A DNA stretch of 48,658 nucleotides, taken from positions 1-48,658 of IMG/VR virus record IMGVR_UViG_3300033144_007297. The stretch is one strand, 5' to 3'. Positions 28,901-35,900 of this stretch are shown in pieces. Below the pieces are notes generated by a model. The model made no database searches, was not told the DNA's origin, and was given only the letters and a program-made list of their open reading frames with translations. A program made the position numbers and the translations under genes. Source of the stretch: a virus (lineage: Duplodnaviria > Caudoviricetes). The stretch's first letter is position 1; each line of letters begins with the position of its first letter.

Positions 28901-31656
28901 CGCAGTTCGCCATCAAGAAAGGCGCGAAGCAGAAGGACACCATCGGGGCCAAGATCACCGACGACATTGCCTTTACGCCCAAAGTGATGGATTTCGGCAA
29001 AGAGGAAATGAAAGACTTCGCGGCCAAGATGTACCATCTGTTCGTGATGAAAGAGTACCCGATCGTGAGGTTGGCCAAGCTGACCGGCAACAAAGTCCTC
29101 ATCGAGCAGATCAACAAACAGATCCGACGCCGGCGCGGGGAGTCCGGAATGTCTGAAGTCATCCTTACATCCGACAACGTCCGCGAGGCCCTGAAGGAAC
29201 TCGAAAAAGACGGCATCACAGAATACCGCCACATTACTGAATCCCTTGGGAGCATCCTGGAGGGCATCAAGGGCGAGGCCATGTACAGGGACTACGAACG
29301 GATGCGCGTATATGAGCGCGACCTGGCCCTGGCGGAGCATCGTCCGGACATCAAGCACGTTAATGCCAGAAAGGCCGCAAAGGTCTTGGGCTTCCTGAAG
29401 GAAAAATACGGATCCACGCCAGACGGCAGGGTCCTTGGCTTGTCAGAGATCTCCGATCGACATCGAGAGTTCGAGCGCCAGGCGATCCTTATGCCGCTGA
29501 AAGAGTCCGGTTGGATGTCACAGGAACAGTACGACAACATCGTCAACCGTCCGGAGGCCGAATATTACGCTTCCTTCCTCCGCGAGATGGAAGAGGACGA
29601 GAGCGAGATGGTTGGAGGGGGCAAGGAGGTCATCAAAAAGATCTACGGGTCCGAGAAGAAAAAGCTTCCGAGTGTCGAAGGAACGATCTCTAACCTGGCA
29701 AGAACCGTCAAAATTGTCGAAGAACAGCGCTTAAACAAGCAAATCTTGCAAATAAGGGAACACGGCGAGGCCTTCGAAGAGATGATCACGCCGATCCCTC
29801 CGAGCTTCAAGGCAACCCCTGGATCGTGGGCTGTTTATGAGGAAGGGGAAACGAAACGAGCGAAGCGTGTCTTTAAAACAGAAGGTGAGGCCAATATGTA
29901 TTCAGCCGGCCTGCCAGGATCCCAGGTGATAAAACGACCTGGGGCATCCGTTCCAGTACAGTATAGGCCCCAGGGATCGATGGTTGTGGCCGAGGACGGG
30001 AAAAAGACATACTACGAGGTGCCTAAAGATATTCAGAAGGCTGTGGACACTCACACGGCGGCAGAGATCCATACGGTAATGAGGGTCTTGGGTGCGCCGG
30101 CCAGGCTCTTGAGAGCAGGCGCGACGCTGTCGGCAGAGTTTATTATGAGAAACCCTGTCAGGGATCAGTTCTCCGCCCTGGTTTACAGCAAGTACGGATA
30201 CAACATGACAACCGATTTCGGCCGCGGAGTCTTCACCTTAATGGCAGGCTCCAAGCATGGTGGTAAGGTTCTGCGCGGTCTGGGGATTTCCGATAAAGTT
30301 GTTTCTCGCGGTGCGGCGCTATACGAAGAGTTTAAAGCCTCCGGTGGTGAAATGAGCTATTTCGTTTCTCTGGATCGCCAGAAAGTTCATATGAAAGTTG
30401 ATCAAATCACCGGCTACAGCAAGGGCTTTAAGTGGTCTTATGCGAATCCGGTTGAGCTTCTGCGGACTCTTTCTGAAGTGATGGAAAAGGGAACTCGCCT
30501 GGGTCTTTACACAAAGGCCAAGAGCAAGGGTGCCACGCCTGGCGAAGCCATGACGGAAGCCAGGGGGGCGACTCTCGACTTTGGCCGAATCGGCCAGATC
30601 AGAGCAATCAACCAGATAGTTGCATTTTGGAATGCCAATGTCCAGGGAACCGTCAAGCTCCGCCAGGAGCTTTTGACCAGGCCGAAGAAATCGCCGAAGT
30701 CCTGGAAGTATGCACAGACAGCGTTAACAAGGGCCGCTCTTGGGATCACCGTGCCGAGCCTCATCTTGTGGGCAATCAACCACGACGATGAGCGCTATAA
30801 GAAGCTTCCCGAATGGCAAAAGAACTTCTTCTGGATCTTTCCGATCGGCACAGATGGCCCGATCTTGAGGCTCCCGAAACCGTTCGAACTTGGGCTGATC
30901 TTCGGATCTCTTCCTGAAAGGATCCTGGATTATGCTGTAAGTAAAGACATCGACGAAGTGAAAAGCATAGCGACCGCCATGAAAGATGGCGCGATGCCTG
31001 GTATGATTCCGACGGTGGCCCTTCCTGTTCTTGAGCATATGACCAACTATTCATTCTTTAGACAGCGTCGCCTGGAGTCACAGGCAATTCAACGCCTGCC
31101 GGTGGCGATGCGATACACACCCTATACCTCCGAGGCCGCAAAGACTATTGGTGGAATTGTTAACTTATCGCCGATCAAGCTTGAAAACTGGATCCGAGAT
31201 TGGTCCGGATCTCTGGGCTACACGACCGTAGCGGCCCTGGATCCGCTGTTAGAGTCCAAGAAGATCCCAGAAGTCGGGAAGAATTGGTACGAAGTGACTC
31301 CTGGAATCCGAGGCTTTATCGCCAGGGACCCGCGGGGATCCTCATCCAAGACCACGAACAAGTTCTACGATTATCTCGAAAAGACCGCGCAGACCCAGGC
31401 CGGCCACAAGGTTCTCTTGAAAGCAGACCAGGCCGAGGCCGCAAAGTATTTCGCAAAGAACCGCATTCACATCACGTCCGCCAAGAGGGCCAGGGCGGAT
31501 GCGACGCGGATCGCCAAGCTTCGGAAGCATCAATACAACATAATGGCCCATCCAACGATGTCGTCCGAGCGCAAGCGCGAAGAGGTCGACAAAGTCAACC
31601 GACAAATATCTGTCATCGCCGAGAGGTTTAACGAGTGGTACAAAGGGAGGAAGTGA
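19948..31656 (+). CDS. giant polyvalent internal virion protein (zincin HExxH, ART-PolyVal-like, HhH-glycosylase-like, C-terminal LPD38-like domains)
   Basis: 3902 aa. Gly-rich hydrophobic N-terminal segments. HESWH at 22255-22269. TPEFKKWFGKSKVVD..GEPLVVYHGT...YIAF.PEQIKS at 23026-23604. Y..LPEWQKNFFW.......LRLPKPFELG..FG..PER near 30790-30920. Confidence 0.8.
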   Translation: MPDIEVPAWRKELDEEIKAKPPETGVPGWRKELDAEESAEGRGLLGDIVSGVARGVAIEAPSLGLDALKATERIARRMVDLPEKGPIGEFATEAKEDIQQYAEESPFLRAKREPGVIAQGVEAATQSMAAGSPGALAGFGVGTLAGGPFAPITGPMGALIGFALSGGVTFGLAEYQSVIDMADKEDIPRSESEPAAIISGLYEGGFEFASNVMTGGIMKVAKPLTTPAKETLKTGIRQLFKTSLKDVMVRGAAVMASETSMEMMTAGFQAEQYKKIGLGDADFWEAAKDAMGPAFVASIIFGGVFAGSASLHRRKIQRNIENGAVKPETRMKAVAEVEEILKGIDPNVAEAWRVNASEAVKDGRDIEIDKSDIINFTAKHRVFRGLAKIGKTPETATDEEFEAVKAEVAEEIRVEEQQDTLRYITAAVARQDIGDETDPDEAQAIGRNKDLPMQDINQAIFEGSAIAEMITTNDLEGMTEFAKQHDIKIPWRVKNPENVGFLIEEYLEEDSLEATRLSSEIANLEETVKRPDTEVAAENLKIKTEELNGLMPAKEEVAEEPVEEEGAPRPEEGRLHLVKREEGKYLLASPVYDLNDKLEGWKDQEGSVYPYFEDDVISPVVEEVAPEAEIEAVPPVEEKPAEPEAAEPTIAKGPIEEVKAKPEDIQPKELYKLGKTIPAVADKPLIDEMVKAKIFKKVDVGLSPKGHVWFRNKEGVGGEIHSVTFKDKENVELGVGYGKMSVAGKFVRGERQDDKILISKHIGDRWAIQHESWHLAEALGLATKTDISVIDNKVKNLLRKGKNEFLPDILKEADVANMTPEGLAEYHTEARAYFMEEALKLREGAAWEGPTKVIMQKIADFVDMAINRFVKPTAKGVVRSFEKGDVLARRPEGVAGVEEAEAQYALSKKDIDKGLTPEQSLKKAVAHIDSLKGPYTKAEEAFRKGSPDVPLRDLKIQRNKARGKLKTAIRQYSKKSKKYEEITGKKAPTSPYTKLTAQLEAEAQTKKEEGRKRAAEAETQFAIQAKTPEFKKWFGKSKVVDEKGEPLVVYHGTGAAEDFDAFDMDEVELGAHFTAAPHVASAVAGTEPEYKEGPPRVIPAILNLENPLRLKDKGKWDDIPEQMVELGVTTKKEVDEFFEEVPRLDAGVREFVSYKGYDGIVYLNRREVLAKGETDVPAVRWAEATAAEDLSDEEFKKKFPMAEDSYIAFRPEQIKSQFNLKPTEDPRIQHAITKEGRASMKKSAEKYPFPTTKTTAKLILAHDKKKPEAKRWYEGSKWLKKVFEDEGLEDTYRGLAILAHTSRNKSVLANMLELVKARTLMKHGGIEGDMGLVKKETFDQVLNADTISQMFKVGESPTGFRTGEVKVKDFADTFVAVFKDNPELRKDLKSVVDVWVSRYFFEGREDPGGKQMMLTPVQHARIQEHMREVEQILTKESGEEWLPDMAQAALWSYVRDEWVRTGKVKRVFEGISFDQTIEQLAKRRLGIDKGAPIDPRHVVSWINQVVKNGGKVWLLDHFSKEKRKVLDPEFQGTGQRGEEWDNQIKQLGEQIRPGVTYHYVKGGNVEDIFKGMVHHRTVIDTTKIYDMNADPDGIRAKHLTGQPIGGPMDQEKVRDSEEEMIAEGYIGTKNEYPDRGYTVVAMFEPTRTFPMARFTMGISPSTNTEQMTILDDIISSQRLKDIFTNKKTKKLNKAAYRKADRELRANRRHLKKINKLMEAGKMDKAYRLVNDHVREIFDHPLIDVLDLSEAQGRYFGTVEPSLHFVIDSGDHDILKGRAGQFLKIYRQNEGIASKYSGFAVVDKNGSVTQAAGFPKTEAESTLIYLPEGLTEDDLAKIDGILGDAGLAGSTYTPSLSTLTIHYQKEYSDAWETKNHKKKVDAADAHRQSVINAYEALTKEFKDGTLSTDSIWFKHDRLLNDWKEDPIGESYDKLIEEGRIRTTNLGIPDRPAAVEGAPRGGKKTLRGEPLYPRYQADRAKQKSKPRDKTDLEVEREKAWAKTGQTPEQYAIQKHADVWHSKMENFLSDSLPGKGPPKQLKTIIQGWAKNGQFKQEELAWSGLNEWLDHQAAAEPTRWTDRKSGFQIVQSEEAAGGAYRVAPIDVNPAYIMFEGDGPYWTLEDAKDAVNQQIRSVKGIKFDPLAIIKGEHDYAKLVPDKKKPITKKELLDYLKANNFRIEEVMLGEEGASDEVPEGMTHEEDLYFNTKSVEAPDDWIEEEEKYHIERFREDIEDEGDDHFLVNREGKVDEAGLEEAAREYAMESWYEMGMSNEVYETETGWSVRYSNDGDNFDIYDNDSFVTTVEGRAGENAQGILYEALQDEGLIIDQDQLDEMGEGSTEHSKYVTGTGENYKELLITMPVAKRKEQYEAGLITHDEYQGGQYTGGHYGKYPGTILHVRFDERIGLDGEKIINIAEIQSDLHQAARKDRNKAVRGVMKKKMKAPLRLSQKEALAQAQRDVPEDYGYGERWRVRQFGKEVKELTQEEAATKNITLSTLKEIAENFTGNTYGKDAPVWVVLDESGESVFWTMVDKERAQKEADMWEAVDIRGEPVNYPYSEPLKFKTKKAVEDAIANMKKEGARTFYDMPFKQTQTWQLLAMKRMVRYAAENDFDMITWDPGVVHVKRYEEAVRKQVDTIEWAKQKAPEKSKEEFLTVMARVLDERNAVVQQMENFEFPEDKEPGRQAQINERLATIETQQTAIEDAMDNIFGTPIMPPYKVAELSEAQADLWGEFSSEVKSTVKANVRRYSDLENEATALMAEFAGNEEYLAESGGASLTQKMKAPGFKELVEKHNELEETLGFLRKDLKGYDNDVQIVGLKDGGKRFDKRIPLEGETTIENRPVTLDWLVGKDMAQKIRESKKFKGEFTGDELTIGGEGMKGFYDRMLPKAVNKFFNKKHWGMAKVKTVDVGSGEVYRVEKSHGTSGVWFRLVSPGGNTIETFWEENIAKKEADLLNKNKGLEALKRQGLPVTEQMKEKALYEGMPQFAIKKGAKQKDTIGAKITDDIAFTPKVMDFGKEEMKDFAAKMYHLFVMKEYPIVRLAKLTGNKVLIEQINKQIRRRRGESGMSEVILTSDNVREALKELEKDGITEYRHITESLGSILEGIKGEAMYRDYERMRVYERDLALAEHRPDIKHVNARKAAKVLGFLKEKYGSTPDGRVLGLSEISDRHREFERQAILMPLKESGWMSQEQYDNIVNRPEAEYYASFLREMEEDESEMVGGGKEVIKKIYGSEKKKLPSVEGTISNLARTVKIVEEQRLNKQILQIREHGEAFEEMITPIPPSFKATPGSWAVYEEGETKRAKRVFKTEGEANMYSAGLPGSQVIKRPGASVPVQYRPQGSMVVAEDGKKTYYEVPKDIQKAVDTHTAAEIHTVMRVLGAPARLLRAGATLSAEFIMRNPVRDQFSALVYSKYGYNMTTDFGRGVFTLMAGSKHGGKVLRGLGISDKVVSRGAALYEEFKASGGEMSYFVSLDRQKVHMKVDQITGYSKGFKWSYANPVELLRTLSEVMEKGTRLGLYTKAKSKGATPGEAMTEARGATLDFGRIGQIRAINQIVAFWNANVQGTVKLRQELLTRPKKSPKSWKYAQTALTRAALGITVPSLILWAINHDDERYKKLPEWQKNFFWIFPIGTDGPILRLPKPFELGLIFGSLPERILDYAVSKDIDEVKSIATAMKDGAMPGMIPTVALPVLEHMTNYSFFRQRRLESQAIQRLPVAMRYTPYTSEAAKTIGGIVNLSPIKLENWIRDWSGSLGYTTVAALDPLLESKKIPEVGKNWYEVTPGIRGFIARDPRGSSSKTTNKFYDYLEKTAQTQAGHKVLLKADQAEAAKYFAKNRIHITSAKRARADATRIAKLRKHQYNIMAHPTMSSERKREEVDKVNRQISVIAERFNEWYKGRK

Positions 31657-31658
31657 TT

Positions 31659-31970
31659 ATGAAGAAATTGGGATTTGCAATCATAGGAGTTTTTTTAATA
31701 GCAGGGGTCGCAATCGCGGACCCCTTTCTTGTGGCCGACACTCCGACTTTCACACCGGTAGTCTGCGAAGTTTCAGTAAATGGGACAGTTCAACAAGGGA
31801 CTTGTGCTGTTAACGGCGCAGAGATTTACTTTCTGGATCTGGTTGGCTTTACCACAGGAAAATATACCTTTAAGGTTAGATGGCATGATGGATCGGGGTG
31901 GTGGAGCGAGTGGTCGATCCCTTTCGATGCCACAAAACCCGAAAAGCCTTCAAATGTAAGAAATAAGTGA
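31659..31970 (+). CDS. exported small FN3/Ig-like protein
   Basis: GGGAGG RBS before ATG 31659. Signal peptide MKKLGFAIIGVFLIAGVAIA. Y.FKVRW...WSEWS...P.KP.N.R. Confidence 0.6.
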   Translation: MKKLGFAIIGVFLIAGVAIADPFLVADTPTFTPVVCEVSVNGTVQQGTCAVNGAEIYFLDLVGFTTGKYTFKVRWHDGSGWWSEWSIPFDATKPEKPSNVRNK

Positions 31971-31980
31971 GGTGGTGGAA

Positions 31981-32202
31981 ATGATTAAAAAGTTTGTCTT
32001 TGTGACCATCCTCTTGGCCTCAATGGCTTTTGTGACACACCTCTCCTACGTTCGTGGTTGTGAAGATGGCTACATGGAGAGAAGGGCATTTGAGATCGAG
32101 GTGATACAGCCGATGCAGGCCAAGTGGATCAATAAAATAATCATCGAGGCCAAGAGGCCCATTGTCATCATCAGGGCCAAACCGAAGTCGTTAAAAACAT
32201 AA
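31981..32202 (+). CDS. small membrane protein
   Basis: N-terminal hydrophobic helix. GAGGTGG upstream of ATG 31981. Confidence 0.45.
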   Translation: MIKKFVFVTILLASMAFVTHLSYVRGCEDGYMERRAFEIEVIQPMQAKWINKIIIEAKRPIVIIRAKPKSLKT

Positions 32203-32212
32203 GGAGATAGAT

Positions 32213-32719
32213 ATGTCATTTCTTGAAGAAGCCGAAAGGCTGAATCTTCCAGAAGAAGAAATAGCGAGGATCTTGAAAGAGGAGGGCAAGCAAGGCACTT
32301 ACAAATACCCTGGACTACCAAGGGACGGATACAACTGGCATTTACAGCAAAAATGCTACCTTGCGACAGGAAAAAGACCCATATCGGTAAGCAGGGATTT
32401 CTATACTACCCTCTTGACCTTTGAACCTCCATTAACGCAAAGCGAACAAAAGAGCCTTGATGAAGTGTTTGTTGATCTGGAAAAGGCTTGCGAACCTCCT
32501 GACCCTCTGGGAGATGTTGCTATTATTGTAGACTTGTCGGAGAGGATCAATGAAGTGGTGAGCGATATGGGCTTTCCAAAAGCGACCATGTGGTTCACCA
32601 AAAGCTCAAACGAGCTAAAAAAGAGAGATCAGGTAGAGATTCATTTCCCAAGAGCATTGAGCCTTGAGGAAAGGGAAAAAGTGATAACCACTTATAAGAA
32701 TCTGTTGGGGTGGAAATGA
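32213..32719 (+). CDS. hypothetical protein, possibly a fibre assembly factor
   Basis: AAGGAG RBS. Internal duplication LTFEPPLTQSEQ / IHFPRALSLEER. Confidence 0.45.
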   Translation: MSFLEEAERLNLPEEEIARILKEEGKQGTYKYPGLPRDGYNWHLQQKCYLATGKRPISVSRDFYTTLLTFEPPLTQSEQKSLDEVFVDLEKACEPPDPLGDVAIIVDLSERINEVVSDMGFPKATMWFTKSSNELKKRDQVEIHFPRALSLEEREKVITTYKNLLGWK

Positions 32720-34305
32720 ATTTAACTTTTATACAAGAAATCTTTGGCCTTGGTGCGATGGAGGGGCCTCTTGGCCCAAGCCAAGCGGCTGTTGGAAGGT
32801 ATTGGAGAAGTTACTTTCTGTCGCAAGTAGGTGATCCCTGCCCATCAACACACGTTCCTTGGGTTGTTGCCAAAAACCTCAATGGATCCGATCCAGAAAC
32901 CGTTAACGGCGTTAGTGGTTCTGTTGAAATTCCGGCCAACACTACAGAGTGGACATACTTTGAGGGGACACCCGTCACTTACCAGGGCCAACCAGGAATG
33001 CAGTACTATGCCGATACAGCATCGGCCCCAAATTCTTCTATAGCACTTTCTGGCCTGAAAACTCTTTGGAAAATGCACCCAGGTCAAGACTATGCATATA
33101 TGCACTCCCCACTTTTTTATACAGGATCAGGGAGCGTGGCGGGAACGGTCAAGGCCGGTATGCCAAACCCCATGTATTTTACTTATAACGCAGATGAATG
33201 GTCAGTAGAACCAACCAGTATTGGTTTAGATGGGGTATATACGGTTGAAAATGATATGTATGCCGCCACCTTTTATCTCCAAGTGGACGATGGGAACTTC
33301 GAGAATTGGGCTGACATTGCATCCCAAGGTGCCCACACCTCTTTAGTGCCGGAACACTTTACGGCCCAAGACACTTCTTACACCTTTATTGATGGAAGGC
33401 ACTATAGGGTTGCGGCGGCTAATGAAAACTCCATGGGTACTTGCAATATATGGCACAGCCAAATCCGCCTTGGCTTTCCTTATGTTCGTTGTCCGGAAAC
33501 TCTCCAATTCGCCTCCGAGGTTCTTCCTCTCTATGGAGGAACCGGAACCAATGAGGCTTTTGGGCAAAGTTTTGAGTGGACATTGCCAACAGAAACACCC
33601 GACACCTTGGCCTGTCAACTTCAATACACATACGGCTGTGGCGAAGCATTTACGGGAACACCCACGGACAGCCTGGTGTTAAAAATAAGAAGTGGGGGCT
33701 ATGACGGTGCGATCCTTGCTACGTCAAGGCTGTGGGATAAAGACAGTTGGACACCAAGGCAAGTCGACCCTTGCAATTACGATAGCAACCGTTCATACCA
33801 TGAATTTGACAACCCCCCATCTCTCGTCAATGGAGTAACGTACTACCTTACCATTGAAAGAACCGGAGAAAGGGATACGGACAACTATTGGAATATTGGT
33901 TTTGATGATGACACCAACTATGACGGTGTTGCAAAGATTAAAGGAAGTGGATCGTGGGTTACTCAAGGGCCTGGCCAATTCATTGTTTTCTTTTATACTG
34001 TCAAGTTCGACAAGTTTCCCTTACATTTTAATTTGGGGTTCGACCTGACAACAACCGGACTGCAAATTCTGAAGCACTTTGATCCCGATGAATGGAATGC
34101 TGATAGCGGAACGATTACATTTCACCATGAGCAGTATGGGTCGAGTTCTTCCAGTAGCGCGAAGGTTCAGAAAGACGTTGACGGAACACCGACAGACATA
34201 ACCGACAGCATAGCAACCGGCGCGAACCTGGCAAGAAGTTCGGCCATGTCCGGTATGCCAACATCGCCTGATGAAATAGCGACTTATGTGGTGACAACAG
34301 AATGA
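32716..34305 (+). CDS. multi-beta-sandwich putative receptor-binding or fibre tip protein
   Basis: About 529 aa, Thr/Ser/Gly/Tyr-rich, with L.NGVTYYL.I-type strands. ATGA overlaps at both ends. Confidence 0.5.
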   Translation: MNLTFIQEIFGLGAMEGPLGPSQAAVGRYWRSYFLSQVGDPCPSTHVPWVVAKNLNGSDPETVNGVSGSVEIPANTTEWTYFEGTPVTYQGQPGMQYYADTASAPNSSIALSGLKTLWKMHPGQDYAYMHSPLFYTGSGSVAGTVKAGMPNPMYFTYNADEWSVEPTSIGLDGVYTVENDMYAATFYLQVDDGNFENWADIASQGAHTSLVPEHFTAQDTSYTFIDGRHYRVAAANENSMGTCNIWHSQIRLGFPYVRCPETLQFASEVLPLYGGTGTNEAFGQSFEWTLPTETPDTLACQLQYTYGCGEAFTGTPTDSLVLKIRSGGYDGAILATSRLWDKDSWTPRQVDPCNYDSNRSYHEFDNPPSLVNGVTYYLTIERTGERDTDNYWNIGFDDDTNYDGVAKIKGSGSWVTQGPGQFIVFFYTVKFDKFPLHFNLGFDLTTTGLQILKHFDPDEWNADSGTITFHHEQYGSSSSSSAKVQKDVDGTPTDITDSIATGANLARSSAMSGMPTSPDEIATYVVTTE

Positions 34306-35900
34306 CTATCTACGGTAGCAGACTTATAATTCTGTTTGAGCATGGCGTTGAAACGCCGCCTGTTACGGTAACGACAGACCTCGATGCCCTTCTAAAGGGG
34401 ACTGAAACCAAGACCGCGGAATTAGACGCCTACCTTAAAGAAACAGGTCTTGAAAAAACAACAGAGCTTGATGCGGTCCTGGTCCGGACTGTAGAAAAAA
34501 CAGCCGCGCTCGACGCTTACCTGAAGCAAACAGCACCACTTACCGCCGACCTGGACGCGGTTCTCCATCAGATAGGAGAACTGAACGCCGCCCTCGACGC
34601 GGTCTTGGTAAGAACCGTTACCAAGGAAACAGATCTCGACGCCTATCTCAAGAAGGTTGAAACCAGGGCTGCTGCGCTCGACGCGATCCTCTATCAGATC
34701 ATCCCTGTCACGACAGATCTCGATGCGTATCTAAAGAAAACATACCCGAAAACAACCGACCTGGATGCGGTTCTCCATCAAATTGTTGAAAAGCAAGCGG
34801 CCCTGGATGCTTACCTGAAGCAGGCTGTTGAAAAGACTGCGGAGCTTGATGCTTACCTGAAGCAGACCTTTGAGAAATCCACCGCCATGGATGCTTTTAT
34901 AAAAGAGGTTCTTGATGAGGTGGTCGACCTGGATGCCGTGCTTCACAAGATTGGTAGGCCGACTGCCCTTTTCGACGCGCTCTTGGAAGGCACCATAACG
35001 AAGACTACGGACCTTGATGCGATTCTTCAGTCCGCCGTCGTAGAGGCTGACCTCGATGCATATATAAAGAAGGGCTATGCCAGGGAAACCGATCTCGATG
35101 CGTACCTTGAAAAGGCGATCGAGAAGACCACCGGCCTTGACGCCTTGATCCTGGGGACCCTCCTTCGGACCACGGCGCTCGATGCATACATCAAACTGGC
35201 TGTTACAAAGGACACGGATCTCGATGCATATCTTCTGGAGGTTAAAGAACTTTCAGCGGACCTCGATGCTTACCTAAAGGTTGCGGTCACTCACACCGCT
35301 GACCTGGATGCCTATCTTGAACAGGCCAAAGAAGCCTCCACAGAACTCGACGCCTTGCTTTTGGAGGTGGGAATAGAACTAACGGCAGATCTGGATGCAT
35401 ACCTCAAGAAGGTCGAAACCAAGACCGTTGACCTGGATGCGCTCCTGAAGAAAGGGTACACAAAGACTTTAGATCTTGACGCGATCCTGGTCTACATTTG
35501 GCAAACGACTTTAGACCTCGATGCTGTCCTCGAACCGCCAGGAACCGCCAGAGCCTATGGTGAGGAAAACCCAAACCAGGGCGAGTACATGATCGGATGG
35601 GACACCTGGTTAATGTCCGGTGGTGGTCCGGTGACGGTCCTTGGCGACGGGGAGTGGGGCAAGCTACAGCTTTACACCGGCGACCTTGCCCAGGGTCCTG
35701 TGTTTCAGATGCCCTCCGGAACAAAGCCGATCGGGATAATTGAGGATCGATACGGATCCGGACAGGGCAACTTCAAGGTTTGGATCCGAGGCGACACCAC
35801 GAACTTTTCCCAACTCGCCGGTTCTCCCGCCTGGGAAGAGTGGACCTCTGTTGTTGAAAAGACCTGGACCTATGGCCAGGTTAGGTTGGAGGGACTATAA
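34302..35900 (+). CDS. LDA-repeat fibre protein with C-terminal globular domain
   Basis: 28 consecutive ~14-aa repeats of the T.[DEA]LDA[YLVI]L type, then a ~120-aa Gly/Trp-rich domain. Confidence 0.7.
   Translation: MTIYGSRLIILFEHGVETPPVTVTTDLDALLKGTETKTAELDAYLKETGLEKTTELDAVLVRTVEKTAALDAYLKQTAPLTADLDAVLHQIGELNAALDAVLVRTVTKETDLDAYLKKVETRAAALDAILYQIIPVTTDLDAYLKKTYPKTTDLDAVLHQIVEKQAALDAYLKQAVEKTAELDAYLKQTFEKSTAMDAFIKEVLDEVVDLDAVLHKIGRPTALFDALLEGTITKTTDLDAILQSAVVEADLDAYIKKGYARETDLDAYLEKAIEKTTGLDALILGTLLRTTALDAYIKLAVTKDTDLDAYLLEVKELSADLDAYLKVAVTHTADLDAYLEQAKEASTELDALLLEVGIELTADLDAYLKKVETKTVDLDALLKKGYTKTLDLDAILVYIWQTTLDLDAVLEPPGTARAYGEENPNQGEYMIGWDTWLMSGGGPVTVLGDGEWGKLQLYTGDLAQGPVFQMPSGTKPIGIIEDRYGSGQGNFKVWIRGDTTNFSQLAGSPAWEEWTSVVEKTWTYGQVRLEGL

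Noticed and set aside
19948-31656. Virion RNA polymerase (N4- or crAss-like) as the identity of the giant ORF
   Set aside because: I saw no DxDGD/DFDID or T7-like polymerase motifs. The recognisable motifs fit polyvalent proteins.
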